A stretch of 64,000 nt of DNA from Azolla caroliniana. Lineage: Eukaryota > Plantae > Polypodiophyta. The notes beneath the pieces were generated by a model. The model worked only from the letters and a program-made list of their open reading frames with translations. It searched no databases and was not told where the DNA came from. The stretch spans positions 13,268,001 to 13,332,000 of the forward strand of contig JBHGNT010000010.1 of the NCBI GenBank assembly GCA_043228905.1, written 5' to 3'. Shown here piece by piece: positions 42,950 to 55,849 of this stretch (the first letter of the stretch is position 1; the number at the start of each line of letters is the position of its first letter). Position numbers and translations under genes: made by a program.

Positions 42950-44528
42950 ACCTCTTTCCTACACTTTTATTAAAAACCTAATCTTTAGTTTATATTTACC
43001 CACTACCCCTGTTATCAATTTCCATATATTTTAACTTTACCCCTCCCCTTAACTTTTCTTTCTTTTAGTAGCTTTTTAATGCAACCTCACTTTCCTTTTA
43101 TTTGTAGTTTCTACCCTCACCCATGTTTTACCAATTTTATTTTTTCTCTCCATAACACTCTTCTCCTTTTTTATTCCCCTCTCTCTTTGAATTCTTGGTT
43201 GCCCCATATATTTCTTCTCTCTCTCTCTCTCTCTCTCCTACCCCTAACCTTAACCCTCCCTAGCTCACACCAAGTGTATCAAATGGTTTGGGTGCGCTCA
43301 AATCGTTCTTGGTGAACTTTTCACTTCACCCCCACTTTGTCAATTTACCCCCCTCTCCCTCCCTTACCTTCCTAAATTACTTTTCCTAAATTACCCTCCT
43401 ACCCTTCCCCTCACTTTTTCAAAATTACCTTTCAACCCCTCCTCCCACTTTTTCCTATTACCACCCTACCCCTCCCCTAAACCCCCCCCCTCATTTCTTA
43501 AAAACTAAACACCCTACCCCCACCCCTCTCTCTAAATCTTTTCCTTTTTATTCCTCTCTCACACTTAAGCTATCACTTCTCCCTCTCTTAGTTTTTCCTT
43601 TCCTCTCTCAAAATCTTTTCCTATCCTATTTTATCCACCTTTCTATTTTTGTTTTTCTACCCTCATCCATGTTTTACTTTTTCTTACACTACCCCTCCCC
43701 ATCCTCTTCCTAAATCTAAAGCCTTCCCCCTTTTTCTTTTCCTCTTCACCCACACTTGTCTCTCTCCCTTACCTCTCTCCTATTTCCTTTCTCTCTCTTA
43801 CTTTGCCTAGTTTACACATGTATCTCTCCCTACTCTCTACTCTCTTACTTTTCTCTCCTTTTCCCACCCTTGATCCTCATAGATCTACTCACTCCCCTTA
43901 TGTCTACTCATTCCCCCCTCTCTCTCTCTCCTCTTTCCTTTCTTTCTCATCATCTCACATATTTTCCTTATTTCCCCCTCAATCTTAACTCCCCTTTCAA
44001 TATTTCCCCTCATTTTACATTTCATATCCTAACTCTCTCTTTTCTCTTATCCCTCCTTAACATTATAACCTCTTTTCCCTTATACCAAAACCTCCCCCTT
44101 GTCACATTAAAGTTCATAATATCCTTTTCCTTCTTCTCCAAATCTTCCCCTTTTCAAATCATATCCATAAGCACACACACCCACTCCCTATTGTCATTTG
44201 TCTAAACCCTCTCCTAAAACTCCTTATATAAACTTATCCACCCCTAATGGTCATTTTAGCATTGATGAGCCCCGTGGTGGGCGAAAGTAGTTTGCTCATG
44301 ACCATATCTCCATGTAATTTCTTTTTCAATCTTAATGATAATTAGTAATAGCTTTGCTCTTAATCACTCTCACTCTCTCTCTCTCTCTCTTAACATGTTA
44401 GTAACATTTGTTTTAGTCTTTTTAATTAATACTTAATGACCAGCCCTCTCTCCCTTTCTCATTATATTTTTAGATATTTTAGTTATATTTAAGTTTTAAT
44501 CCCTATAATAATTTAAGTTATCAAGGTT

Positions 44529-44583
<55 letters not shown>

Positions 44584-44658
44584 GCTCGCATGCTCTCAAA
44601 GTCGTGCACCGATGATACACCATTCGCACTCCTTGTCGACGATCGTATGATCAACAAA
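42950..44658 (+). mobile_element. C/T-rich non-coding insert with a degenerate hammerhead, flanked by a 244-bp target duplication (Penelope-like/retrozyme-like?)
   Basis: 42686-42929 is repeated at 44659-44902; extreme pyrimidine skew; hammerhead-like motif at 44247-44305. Confidence 0.5.
44247..44305 (+). ncRNA. Degenerate type I minimal hammerhead ribozyme
   Basis: Stem I ATGGTCAT/ATGACCAT plus AGCA/TGCT; core tTGATGA; stem II GCCC-cgtggt-GGGC; GAAA; gTAGTt (expected CTAGTC). Confidence 0.6.
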
Positions 44659-45524
44659 ACCAATGATTACATAGTCACTTCCTTCTTTACGAATGTAAAG
44701 ATTTGGTTTGGCTTGAAGACGCTAAAAATTAATAGACATAAGAAATGTATGGAGCTGATAATGCCACATTTGTGGAGATTGTTTCAAACCATACAATGAC
44801 TAATGAAGCTTACAAACATACTTTGGGAATTTTGAATCTTCAAAAAATGGCGGTTGTTGCATGAATATTTCGTCATTTAAGTCACCATGTAAAAACATAG
44901 TTTTGATATCCAAGTGGTGAAGTTCGAGCTTAAAATCAGTCGAAAAAGCAAGCATGGTTTAGAATGGAACCATTTTTAGTGTCAGCGCAAATGTTTCTTT
45001 ATAATTCATGCCAGGAATTTATGAAAAGCCTTGAGCGACAACAGGAACTTTATATCTCGTCACTACACCATGTGCATCTTTCTTCTTCATAAGTACCCAC
45101 TTACTAGATACAATGTTACAATTCTTTGGTCGCGGCACCAAGGTCCATGTACCATTTTGCATGAGTGCATCCATCTCTGTTTGCATCGCCAACTACCACA
45201 TTTCACTCTCGGTGTCATGGACATGACAAAAGTCATGTCAAGATTTGAACTCTACACCTCTTGTATATAGTCAAGTGTTATATTCTCGTTTCGCCTCATC
45301 TTTGTTGCCTTGATCTTTATTTCTATCTCTTGCTCAGAACATCTAGAGTTACTAGCCTCGTCACGTCTAGCTCCAAGTTCATCCGTCGCTCGTAGCACTA
45401 TCATCTATGCTTTGTCCTAGTCCACGCTTGGTGTGTTCGTGACAGTTTGAATCCCTTCCAACTAGAAGCATTACCCATCTTCATCATCGCCCTTGCTTCT
45501 AGAGTTACCATCATCAACATCCCT

Positions 45525-45745
45525 TCGTTTTCTATCTTCCTCGCCATCTCTATCTCCTAGTTTCTTCTCATCATCATCTCTATCTTTGCACTTCTTATCA
45601 TCTTCCACATCCCTATTTCCTAGTTTCTTCTCATCATCATCTCCATCTCCTAGTTTTTTCTCATCCTTGACATCTCTATCTCCTAGTTTCTTCTCATCAT
45701 CATCTCTATCTCTGCACTTCTTATCATCTGCCACATCCCTATCTT
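45525..45745 (-). repeat. 30-bp tandem repeat (about 7 units, DRDDDEKKLG on the minus strand)
   Basis: Direct inspection and ORF 45471-45749. Confidence 0.85.
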
Positions 45746-46239
45746 GCATTTTCTGTCATTTTTATCCTTCTCCTTGTGTTTCCTACCGTTTTCATCTATA
45801 TCTATGTGTTTCTTATTATCTTCATCACTTTCTCTGCGTTTCATATCACATTCATCCCTGTCTTTGTGTTTTCTATCATCTTTTGTATATGTGTCTTTGT
45901 GTTTCTTCAGAACCTCAACATCTCGATCTCTATGTTTCTTATCCTCTTCATCTCTATCTCCGCTTCCATCATTGCCATAGTCAAAGTCGTTGCTTCCAAA
46001 GTCATTTCATCAACATCATTGCCTTGATTGCTTCGTCTTCGACATCATCATCTTCAACCCTCTTGTTGTCGTCATCAACACTACTTTGCCTAGCCGTCAT
46101 TGCCATCAAGTGTTCCAGTTCCTGGTGAGGACCATGTAGGGTTGCTCACATTTAATAGCAATAACTTTGAATATCAATCAATAAATGATTTAATATCTTC
46201 CTCCTATAGATATATTGTTGATTATATCACCCCATCTCA

Positions 46240-46910
46240 GCCGTTGGTGTTCCAGTCTCCGGTGAGGACTGCACATGGTCGCTCACGCCCTTTGGTGTTT
46301 GCATCTCCGGTGAGGACCGCACATGGTCACTCACGTCCGTTGGTGTTCCAGTTCCTGGTGAGGACCACAAATGGTCGCTCACGTCCGTTGGTGTTTGTGT
46401 CTTCGGTGAGGACCGCACATGGTCGCTCACGCCCGTTGGTGTTCTAGTTCCCCGTGAGGACCGCAAATGGTCGCTCACGTCCGTTGGTGTTCGTGTCTTC
46501 GGTGAGGACCGCACATGGTCGCTCACGCCCGTTGGTGTTCCAGTTCCCGGTGAGGACCGCACATGGTCGCTCACGTCCGTTGGTGTTCCAATTCTCGGTG
46601 AGGACCGCACATGGTCGCTCACGCCCGTTGGTGTTCTTGTCTTTGGTGAGGACCACACCTGGTCGTTCACTCATGTTGGTGTTCCAGTCTCCAGTGAGGA
46701 CTACACATGGTCGCTCACACTCACATTGGTGTTCCAGTCTCCGGTGAGGACCGTACATGGTCGCTCACGCTCATGTTGGTCTTTGAGTCTCTAGTGAGGA
46801 CCGCACATGGTCGCTCACGCTCATGTTGGTGTTCCAGTCTCCGGTGAGGACCACACATGGTCACTCACGCTCATGTTGGTGTTCCAGTCTTCGGTGAGGA
46901 CCACACATGG
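46240..46910. repeat. 48-bp minisatellite, about 14 units
   Basis: Unit GGTGAGGACCGCACATGGTCGCTCACGYCCGTTGGTGTTCCAGTCTCC repeated head to tail. Confidence 0.95.
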
Positions 46911-49900
46911 TTGCCCGCGTCCACCCGTGCTCCTATTGTTGGTGAGGGCTGCTCATGGTCACTGACACCTCAACGTACTTTGGTTTTCTCTTTCAGCTCA
47001 CCCCTACACCACACTTTCAAAAAGGTGGCCGTAAAAGGGATGCTAATGTCACAGACATGACTACCACGCTTCTGAAAAGGCGGCCATAAAGGGGAGGATA
47101 ATGTCACGAACATGACAAAAGTCATGTCAAGATTCGAACTCTACACCTCTTGTATATAGTCAAGTGTTATATTCTAACCAACACATCCAAATACATGGCC
47201 ACATTATCTATATCTTAGTAGATTATCTATTCCAAGCTCTAGGAGTTTTTAGAAGCTTCCAGCAAGATGTAGAAGCTTCTGCGTGAAAATGGGTCGATGA
47301 ATGGAACTACATGTAGATGCCACAAACATGTATAAATACTTGTAACTTCCTTGATCCCTTTCAAGAAATTCAAACCCAGTCACTGACACATCAATCTAGT
47401 ATTCTTGTTTCGCCTCATCTTTGTCGCCTTGATCTTTATTACTGTCTTCATGCACTCATGTCACTCAGAACATCTAGAGTTCCTAGCCTCGTCACGTCTA
47501 GCTCCAAGTTCATCCGTCACTTGTAGCCCCATCATTTGTGCTCTGTCCTAGTCCACGCTTGGTGTGTCTGTGACACTTGGGACCATTAAGGGTTGTTTTC
47601 AGAGTGAGATTTATGTCCTCGAGTGGAATATCACCATGATCATCTTCAAACTCATCAATAGGCTACGGTCCCAAGTCAACCATGAGTGCTTCGCATGTGA
47701 CTTCCATAATTTTGTAAATATTACGAAATGTTTGATTGTTTGGTTGCCGGTGATCATCAAAGTCTTCATTGGTTGGGTAACTATTGAATACAGAAGAAGA
47801 TATATTCATACTAGTTGGTACTTATGGTGTGAAACCTATATGTGGATTACTTAAATTTACTTGAGATGCATTCATTAGTCACACTTTGGCTTGTGTAAAT
47901 AGGTGTGAATAGGTGAGTATGTGGTAAAGAATAACGTCGAGTGATTAGTTGCTGACACTCAACTGATTTGGAGAACCGGGAAGAATTGGTGCGCTCTAAA
48001 AGGTTATCTTCAGCTATAAAAAGACTTCCTTCACCTTCATATTCATTCCATGCTCCTTCTCTGCAACGATGTTTCCTTCCGCTCCGGCTCTTTGTTGCTG
48101 CTGCCTTCTTGTTGCAAATCAAACTGTTGGTGTTTCTGGCCTCGCTTCTCCTGCTGCTAACCGTGCCTCTCCTATTGCTGGTCATGATGTCGATGGCCAC
48201 GCTGCTGTTGCATATTTTGGTGCTGATGAAGCTGAATATTGCCACGTTGTTTTGCATGTTCTATAGTTTATCGCGAGCTTGTTGATCGTGTTGCTGATGA
48301 CTGCTGCTAGTGGCTACCATTGTGTTGATGGTGGTCGAGCTGCTGGTGGCCGAGCTTTTGGTGGTCGTACTAATGATGGCCGAGCTGCTGGTGCTGGTCA
48401 TGGCCGAGCTGATGGTGATGGTGACCGAGGTGCCCATTGTTGTTGAGCTGTTGTTGATCATGTAGAGGATCGAGGGGTTGTAGACCTTGTGGAGGATGAT
48501 CATGATGATTTTGGTGAGGATGATCATGTTAAAGATGTTCGTCTTCATGCAGCTTCATCATAAATCTCGATGTGGGGATGAATTCAACCTCTTTATTCTG
48601 TCGACTTTTAGGATTTTTCACTTGCCATCGACTTTCTCTTCTGTTAGGTACCCTTTCTAAATCTATCACTAATAAGTCTCTATAACTATTGCCATTTTGA
48701 TGAGAACTCGGCGACCAATCTTCCTTTTCATAATCTATTGTCTGCATCTCTTGTATGTTTTCATTTCCCATTTGCTTGCGTAAATGATCCTTGCAGGGGT
48801 GATCTGAGTTCTTCTTTGTTAGGGTAGGTTGGAATGTTGTAGAGGTAATGAGTTACTCCTCCATCCTCATCTTTTGTTAGAACTTCTACGTGTTTGCAAT
48901 GTTGAAACTGCTTCGAGAAAACTCCTTGTGATCAGAACACCATAATTTTCTATTTGGGAAAAATTTGGATTAATTAGATCATTAATCTTTAAATTTTCTT
49001 TAAAGTCGCGTACCTCATGTTGTTTTTCTTGGTCAAGTACACTAATTTCATCAAATATGACTGATCGGCTAAAGAAAAACTTGCATGTACTATGTAGATC
49101 AAATAATTTGTATGCTTTAACTCCAAAAGATTCATCATATCCAGTAAAAATATATTTTCTAGTATGAACACCGGGTCATTTGAAACAGGTAATAGGTTGC
49201 ATTCCTTTATTGATAAATACATGAGATGTCAAGAATTACCATTTTTAAACAAACTTTCAAGAATCTATCACGCATGCGCACATGATTTTTAAAAACATCA
49301 CTCAAAAATACAGTTAATACTATCAAGATTTCAAATTTAACCGATATTTTCTCAAGTCATATACAAATTTATCCAAATCTTAGATAAGATAACGGGAATG
49401 CATCCAACTATAATTTTATATGCTTTATTGTACACAATGTTAAATTCAAATCCAAGACAACAAATTTAGTAATTCAATTTTGTTGCTATATTTGTCTCTA
49501 AATCTTATAGAGATTGTTATATCGAATTAGTAACTAGGATTTTTGGATATAATTTGAAAAATTTTCAGAAACGAATATCTCACGATATACCACACATGTC
49601 CAAAAACCACTACGAACATTATATGCCAATCATACATGAACAACGTGAATGTATTATCAAGTGAGCAACAACGTTGACTTAATATTATTGTGTTTGCTTG
49701 AAACTAAAGAACCAAGATTAAAGACAATATAAATCCTAGAATAAAGCTAAATTCAATTATATTAATCAAGAAACAATTATAATAAACATGTGTCATACAA
49801 TCGATAAGTTCATCATCATCTATTCAATGAAAATTATACTTAACCACATACTTTACGAGTCAACCTTGCAAACATATGATAGACACATAAAGTTTGAGAC

Positions 49901-51422
49901 ACCAATCGGATAGTGTAAAGAAATGGTACTCAAACGAAAAGTCTTATATTTCAAAACAAGTTTTCAGTTTCAAATACAAAGTATTATACAATTCACTCCA
50001 TTAAGAGGTCTGGAACAGGCTGCTCTCCAAGATCAACTGATAGTTGTGTTGCATCTACATGTTCCGTCTTCTCAGCTAAATCTTGGCTTTGATCAAACTC
50101 TGGTACATGTTCGAGGTCGACAACATCGACAACATCCCCTCCTTCGTCGTCTATAGGTTCCATCGGTTCTCTGGAGGTCACCTGAAACATCTCAGTTTCA
50201 TTGATATGCTTTTCCCCAACCTCTTGGTCCTGGTAGCGACAATCCCATATACCTTGGATCCTCATCTTAATAAAATTGACTTGGGAGGGATCCTTCTCTA
50301 ATGCAACGGAATTCCTGAAGAATTTGAGAGTGCACGCAATCATTGTTCCTATATAAATAGTCATATATGCAAAAGCAAGAAAAAAAAGACGGGAAATTCT
50401 ATTTTATTTTAAGAAAAATTGATCACACTTATGAGAATACTTGTTCCAGAGAATAAGTTGAGCACCCAATCATCAAGGTTCGAGAACAACTCGACCAATC
50501 GATTAATTAATTGTTGGGCTTTTGATACGAGTTTACTAGACACTTGTCGCCAAACACGTGGCACAATTTCTTCATTACAGATGGGCCCATGATATAGTTG
50601 ACGATGTTTCGCTCATTCACATGTGCCCAAGCCTTCTTCTTAGAAATAGCATCGTAGTACCCCACGCACAAATGCTCCACATCGTTGACCATTCGATCGC
50701 CCAGCGTACGAGTTATGTTCGTTTTAACCCTATTTGTAATGGAATCGAAACAAGTAAATATATATGTCGTAAGTACAATAGAAGCCATATATTAAATATA
50801 TAGCAACTTAAAGTTTACCAATGCATGTGTTCGGTGGCATGGACTCTTGACTTCAATGTCGTAGTGACCAATAAAGCCTGGCCCATACTATGAAATATAC
50901 GATGCACCATAATGGAGCCAAGGTCAGCTCTGCAAAGTCTTTTACCATCTTCTCTATTTGCGAATATTTGTATGGTACATCGTCGTATGTGGAGCCTGCT
51001 ATTCAAAATCCATACGGTATATCCGCGACGAGCAATGTATAATGTCTCTTCGGTAATATGTCAAGCATATTACCCACATCACCATTATATACACTATAGT
51101 AAAATTGTCGGAAAGGATCACGCTTGTGCAAAAAACTTTTCACAGTATTGGAGTCTCCAGGCACCTCCAGCTCCTTTCCTTTTGTCATTCACTTTTCATA
51201 TTTCGCTTGTTCCAAATGGGTGATGAAGGCGCTTGGTATACCTTCATTGTTGTCACCCATTTTCTTTGAGTGAGGTGGTTTCTGCAATTATACGTTGTCG
51301 CGTTGTTACGCGCGTGCGTGGAGAAAGGCGGGACCACGGGGGTCTTAGACTAGGGAGTGATGGAGCGTAGGAAGTCGTGCTTCACCGTCTCTGGGGCATC
51401 CCAGGAGCACACCGGAAGCAAC

Positions 51423-51462
<40 letters not shown>

Positions 51463-53382
51463 CAGGGAGGGAGGGTGCGTTTAACACCGACCCGCGCGCA
51501 CACACACACACACACACACAGGACAACCTGACTCACACCCTTAAGTACAAGAAATGCAGGAAGGGGGAAGCACCCGACACCAACGAAGACGCGAATATAC
51601 ACAGACAGACGCAAACGTATATATATATATATATATAAAAGAAGAATACATTCCCGGCGTCGAGCCGGACCGAGGTAGGTTACAGTAGTCGTCAGTTGCC
51701 AAGCCGCCAGTCGGGGAGGGGAGCTCACGGGCTCATCGCGCCGAGCGGGGTCTTGCGCAGGAGATGAGCTGAAGCAAACCCTAAGCGAACACGAAGGGGG
51801 AAGAAGAAGAAGAAGAAACTAATTCTAAACCTAACGGTATACCCTCTAATGCAAAATGGGCAACCCTTTCACACAGGGCGTTCCCTTCCTTTTATAGAAC
51901 AAGGAGAGGGATGCGTTACAATGTGGGATAAACCCCGACTTACATGGGACCGTCTGTCCCGACTTGACTACTCTTCGGCGCCATAAAGGCACCCTCATTA
52001 TACACACTAAATGTACATGGGTGTGTACACACGCTGCACCCCGCCGATGTAGCCAATGTTTCCTGGTTTCCGGCTCTGGCCGAAATTCTTCATGACATCC
52101 GCCCCCACCTAACCGCACATCCACCGGTATGTGCCAAGTCCGGTTGAAGGGTGAGAGATTTCGGCCGGTGAGAAACCGGTCTTCCGTGATCCGCATCCCG
52201 GCTCGCTGCCGGTTTGATCCGTCGGCTTCGATTCTTCCTTCGGCTTACCTCCCCGTAGGCTCGTTCGACCCGTCGATGGGTCCTCTGCCGCGATCTCCGT
52301 AGTACGCGTACTTCCGCTGGCCCTTGTTCGGCCGTATGAACGCCTCGCTCTCGTCGTATGCCCTTGTCCTCTCGCCACCACCTTCCTTCTCCATGGTCTT
52401 ACATCACCTCATCGGCTCGAACCGCCATGGTCTCCGGAACGGTGTGGAGGATCCCTTTTCGGTCTTCTCCGCGCTCGCCTTCTCGCTCCGGCATCTCCGT
52501 GTGCTACATACCCTCGTCCGTTGTTTGGCACTGCCTGTATCGTACTCCGGTTCATTGCACGCCTTGTCGGCCCCTTTTCCGGCCAGATCGTGCATCGCCG
52601 CTCCCCGCATACTGGTGTCCTTTGCATCCGAGGAACAGCCCGTAGTAGCCCGCATGGCCCTTCCCGTCTTCGTGTTGCTGCAACAAGTCCTGAGTCTTCC
52701 GTTTGCCATCGTCCCCTCGCCCCCACCAACTTGTCATCCCGGCTTTCCGTGTTAGTCTTCGCTACTTCGACGGAGCTACCGAGATCTACGAAGCGAGTGT
52801 GGAGGATCCTACTCCAGCCTCTCTTGCCATCCCCTGATTCCGGCCCTGTGCAGTCCACTAGGCACATGTCACCTCGTCCCTGGCACCTCCCTTATGCCGT
52901 CTTCCACTTCCTTCGTTCGGCCCCACCCGCGCCGAACACCGTCCCGTAGTCACGCTTTGATCCGGCCCGCGATGGCCACTTGCGAGACTCTTGTTCTGTC
53001 CCAGGTGTGCCTTTCCGGCCTGACACACCTCCCCGTGTTTGCCCCTACCGGCTCCTTCCGAAACCTCGTGTCGTCGGGTCCCGTTCCCTGCCGCCACCGT
53101 CCTTCTCCATCGGTCTTACGTTGCCGCGTTGGCCGATCAGCCGGGGTCTCCGGATCGGTGTGAGGGTCCCATAGGACCGGACTCCGTTTCTATGCTTGCC
53201 GAAATTCGGGTGTCTTTTGTTTGAGTCCCTCCCGGACTCTCCTCGTGTCTTTCGCGTAGTTGGGTCCCGTTTCCCGCCATCACCAACCTTCTCTCTCGGT
53301 CTCATGTTGCCACGTTGGCCGAACTGCCGGAGTCTCTGGTTAAGTGTGGGGATCCCGTAGGACCGGACTTCCTTATGCCCTT

Positions 53383-53731
53383 GCCTTCGTCACCTCGCCG
53401 CCACCGTCAGTATCTTGGTCTTACGTCGACCGCGTTGCCGACTGCCGAAGTCTCTAGAACCGGTGTGAAGGATCCTCCGTAGACCGCCCATCCGTAGCCC
53501 TTTTGCCTTCGTCACCTCGCCGCCACCGTCAATATCTTGGTCTTACGTCGACTGCATTGCCAACTGCTGAAGTCTCTAGAACCTATGTGAAGGATCCTCC
53601 GTAGACCGCCCATCCGTAGCCCTTTTGCCTTTGTCACCTCGTCGCTACTGTCAGTATCTTGGTCTTACGTCGACCGCGTTGCCGACTGCCGAAGTCTCTA
53701 GAACCGGTGTGAAGGATCCTCCGTAGACCGC
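53383..53731. repeat. 122-bp tandem repeat, about 3 units, inside the TR-GAG element
   Basis: Units start at 53383, 53505 and 53627; more diverged relatives at ~53100-53380 and ~54000. Confidence 0.85.
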
Positions 53732-54833
53732 CTCCGATTTGTCTTCCCAACCCTGTCCCTGGTCGTCCTTTTCCGCATGCCGAGAGGGCGTTTTGTTCCG
53801 CACCCTCTCCCGTGGTATCGACGTACCGTGTCCTCGGCCTCTTCGTAGGCCAACTCTCTTCCTCCCTCCCGGAATGGTCATCCGGGAGTCCGCTCCGCCC
53901 GGTTCTCGCTCAAGTCCGTTCGTCATTCTCTGGATTGCCGAGTCCTGTTCTCCTGTCGCCACCGATCTCTCTTATAGGACTTACGCCGGCACTCGGGCCG
54001 GCAGCCGGATCGGTGTAAGGAACTCCATAGGACCGGCTTTCATTCTCCTTCCAACTCTCGACCTTCGCCCGGTCGGTCTTTCTCCCCATGTAAAAGAGGG
54101 CGGCTTGTCCCGCACCCCCTTCCGTATCGGCACTTTCACGCCGAATCCGGCCCCGATCGAACGATCCACGACCAGATCACGCTCCACCCGTATCGAAATG
54201 CCGATCTCCTCGTGCCGCGTCCGTCCTCGGCCTCCTCACATGCTGTTTCCCATCCATCTTCGTTGGCATCGTGCCAGGACTCCTCGGTACCGCCATCCAT
54301 CTCCTCGGTCTTACATGGGCATACGGGCCCGAATGCCAAGTTCTCCGGAATCGGGTCCGTGGGCTTTCGTCCGTTCCTTCCCCGTATTGTCTCGCCGGTG
54401 ATTCTTGGCCTTTCGCCGCCGCCTTCCTCCGCTTGGGACTCACGTGGGCACTCGGGCCCGACTGCCATCGTCTCGGGAGCAAGTGCGGGAAGACACAAAG
54501 AATCGCCCGTCCGTTTTACGCCCTTGGCCGTAGCCACCGACTCTTCGTGGTCGGCGGTCGTCTTCTTACCGATCGCGCAAGCCCCGTCTGGGCTTGCTTC
54601 TCCAATGACCGGGATCTCTGGCTGACACGCCCGAAACCGCTGGTCCCAATGTTCCGGTTCCGCGATCTGTATCTCGGCCTCGTCCTTGGCCGTTCTATCT
54701 CCGCAAGTCGAGAGGGTGTTTCGTCCCACACCCTCTCCCGTGGTACCGTCGTACTGATCTTCCGCCGTCACGTGGGGCAAGTCCGTCTTCTCAGTCTCGG
54801 CTTGTAGCCTCCGTCTTTCCTCTTCCTAGAGCA

Positions 54834-55613
54834 TCACCTCGAGAGTTGCGTACGCCTCCGCAATCCTGGCCCCAACGCCAACCCTTGCCGACTCTCTTTG
54901 TCGTTCGGCCTATGATGGCATGCCCTTGCCGACCCTTGCCGACCCTTGCCGACTCGCTGTGATGGCATGCCGTCGCGTACCTTCCTCTTAGCCTTCTCGG
55001 CTCGCTCGTTGTCTAGACGTTGGAACACCCTTCCGACCTTCGACCAGTCCTCTGTAAGCCCATTCACTCCATCATCGTCTTCGAGCTCAATCCCGATGGT
55101 CTCCCGTTCCGCTCAGTCGATCGACCTGACGAACAATAGGACCTTGTCCGCCACCACCAAACCTTGTTCCTGCTCCGGGAGCCGAGCAAGCCGCCGCTCA
55201 AACTCTCGAAACGCCTTGGCAGCGCTCCGGTGGGTCTTTGCCGATGCTACCCACTGGTCGAAGTCATGCCGTCCCCGGCTCTTCCGCCGTCCTCCGTATG
55301 CCTTCAGGAGCGCCTCTTTGAAGGCCTCCCACGAACTATGAGCCTCCCAGAGCTCCTTTATTTCCGCATGCATCCGGACAGCCACGACCCGACAGAAGAA
55401 CTCCAGCCTTGACGCCTCGTCTACGCCGCGCTCCTCCATTTCCGCGTTGTAGGCTTCCAAGTAAGATGGGACTTTGTCCCCGTTGAAACGGTCGACTCTT
55501 TCGACCACTCGCTCAGCCGCTTATTGCGCTGCTTCTCACCTCATCACCACTCGTGCCGACTCCAACACTACTTCAGCCACCAACTCCGCAAGGTCGTCGT
55601 CTTCCGACTCCAT
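54834..55613 (-). pseudogene. gag: gag N-terminal domain of the TR-GAG element
   Basis: RFNGDKVPSYLEAYNAEM, SWEAFKEALL, KVLLFVRSID, GLTEDWSKV align by eye with D gag; in-frame stops. Confidence 0.85.
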
Positions 55614-55777
55614 CCTCCCTTGCCGCCTTTCACGTCGGGTTCACCAAATATGTCGCGTTGTTACGCGCGTGCGTGGAGAAAGGCGGGACCACGGGGGTCT
55701 TGGACTAGGGAGTGATGGAGTGTAGGAAGTCGTGCTTCACCGTCTCCGGGGCATCCCAGGAGCACACCGGAAGCAAC

Positions 55778-55849
<72 letters not shown>

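Larger units (their letters stand above)
45213..47575 (+). mobile_element. Non-autonomous LTR element I (no gag/pol), self-priming type, filled with tandem repeats
   Basis: LTRs 45213-45444 (internally deleted) and 47102-47575, TGTCA...TGACA; TSD CTCGG/CTTGG; PPT AAAGGGGAGGATAA 47088-47101. Confidence 0.88.
42203..49166 (-). pseudogene. Host copia element H: RT (42203-42929, 44659-45212) and INT C-terminus/linker (47576-49166), split by insertions; resumes at 63007
   Basis: YGLKQSPRMW, GVYVDDL, FLHGDL, CKWVL; HVPIGKRKKLDPH|TRKYIFTGYDE reads through once the 49167-63006 insertion is removed. Confidence 0.88.

Noticed and set aside
43200-43530. Interstitial telomeric array
   Set aside because: Only scattered CCCTAA/CCCTAAA words occur in C/T-rich sequence, with no regular tandem array.
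46240-46910. CRISPR-like array
   Set aside because: The 48-bp units are head-to-tail with no unique spacers and no cas genes; it is a minisatellite inside an LTR element.
48220-48300. Other CTGATGA words as hammerhead cores
   Set aside because: They lack the stem II-GAAA arrangement and lie in the trinucleotide-rich linker of copia H.
49993-51200. Bacterial contamination as the source of the methyltransferase
   Set aside because: It has GT-AG introns, nested plant LTR elements, and lies within TIR/TSD boundaries in a copia element.
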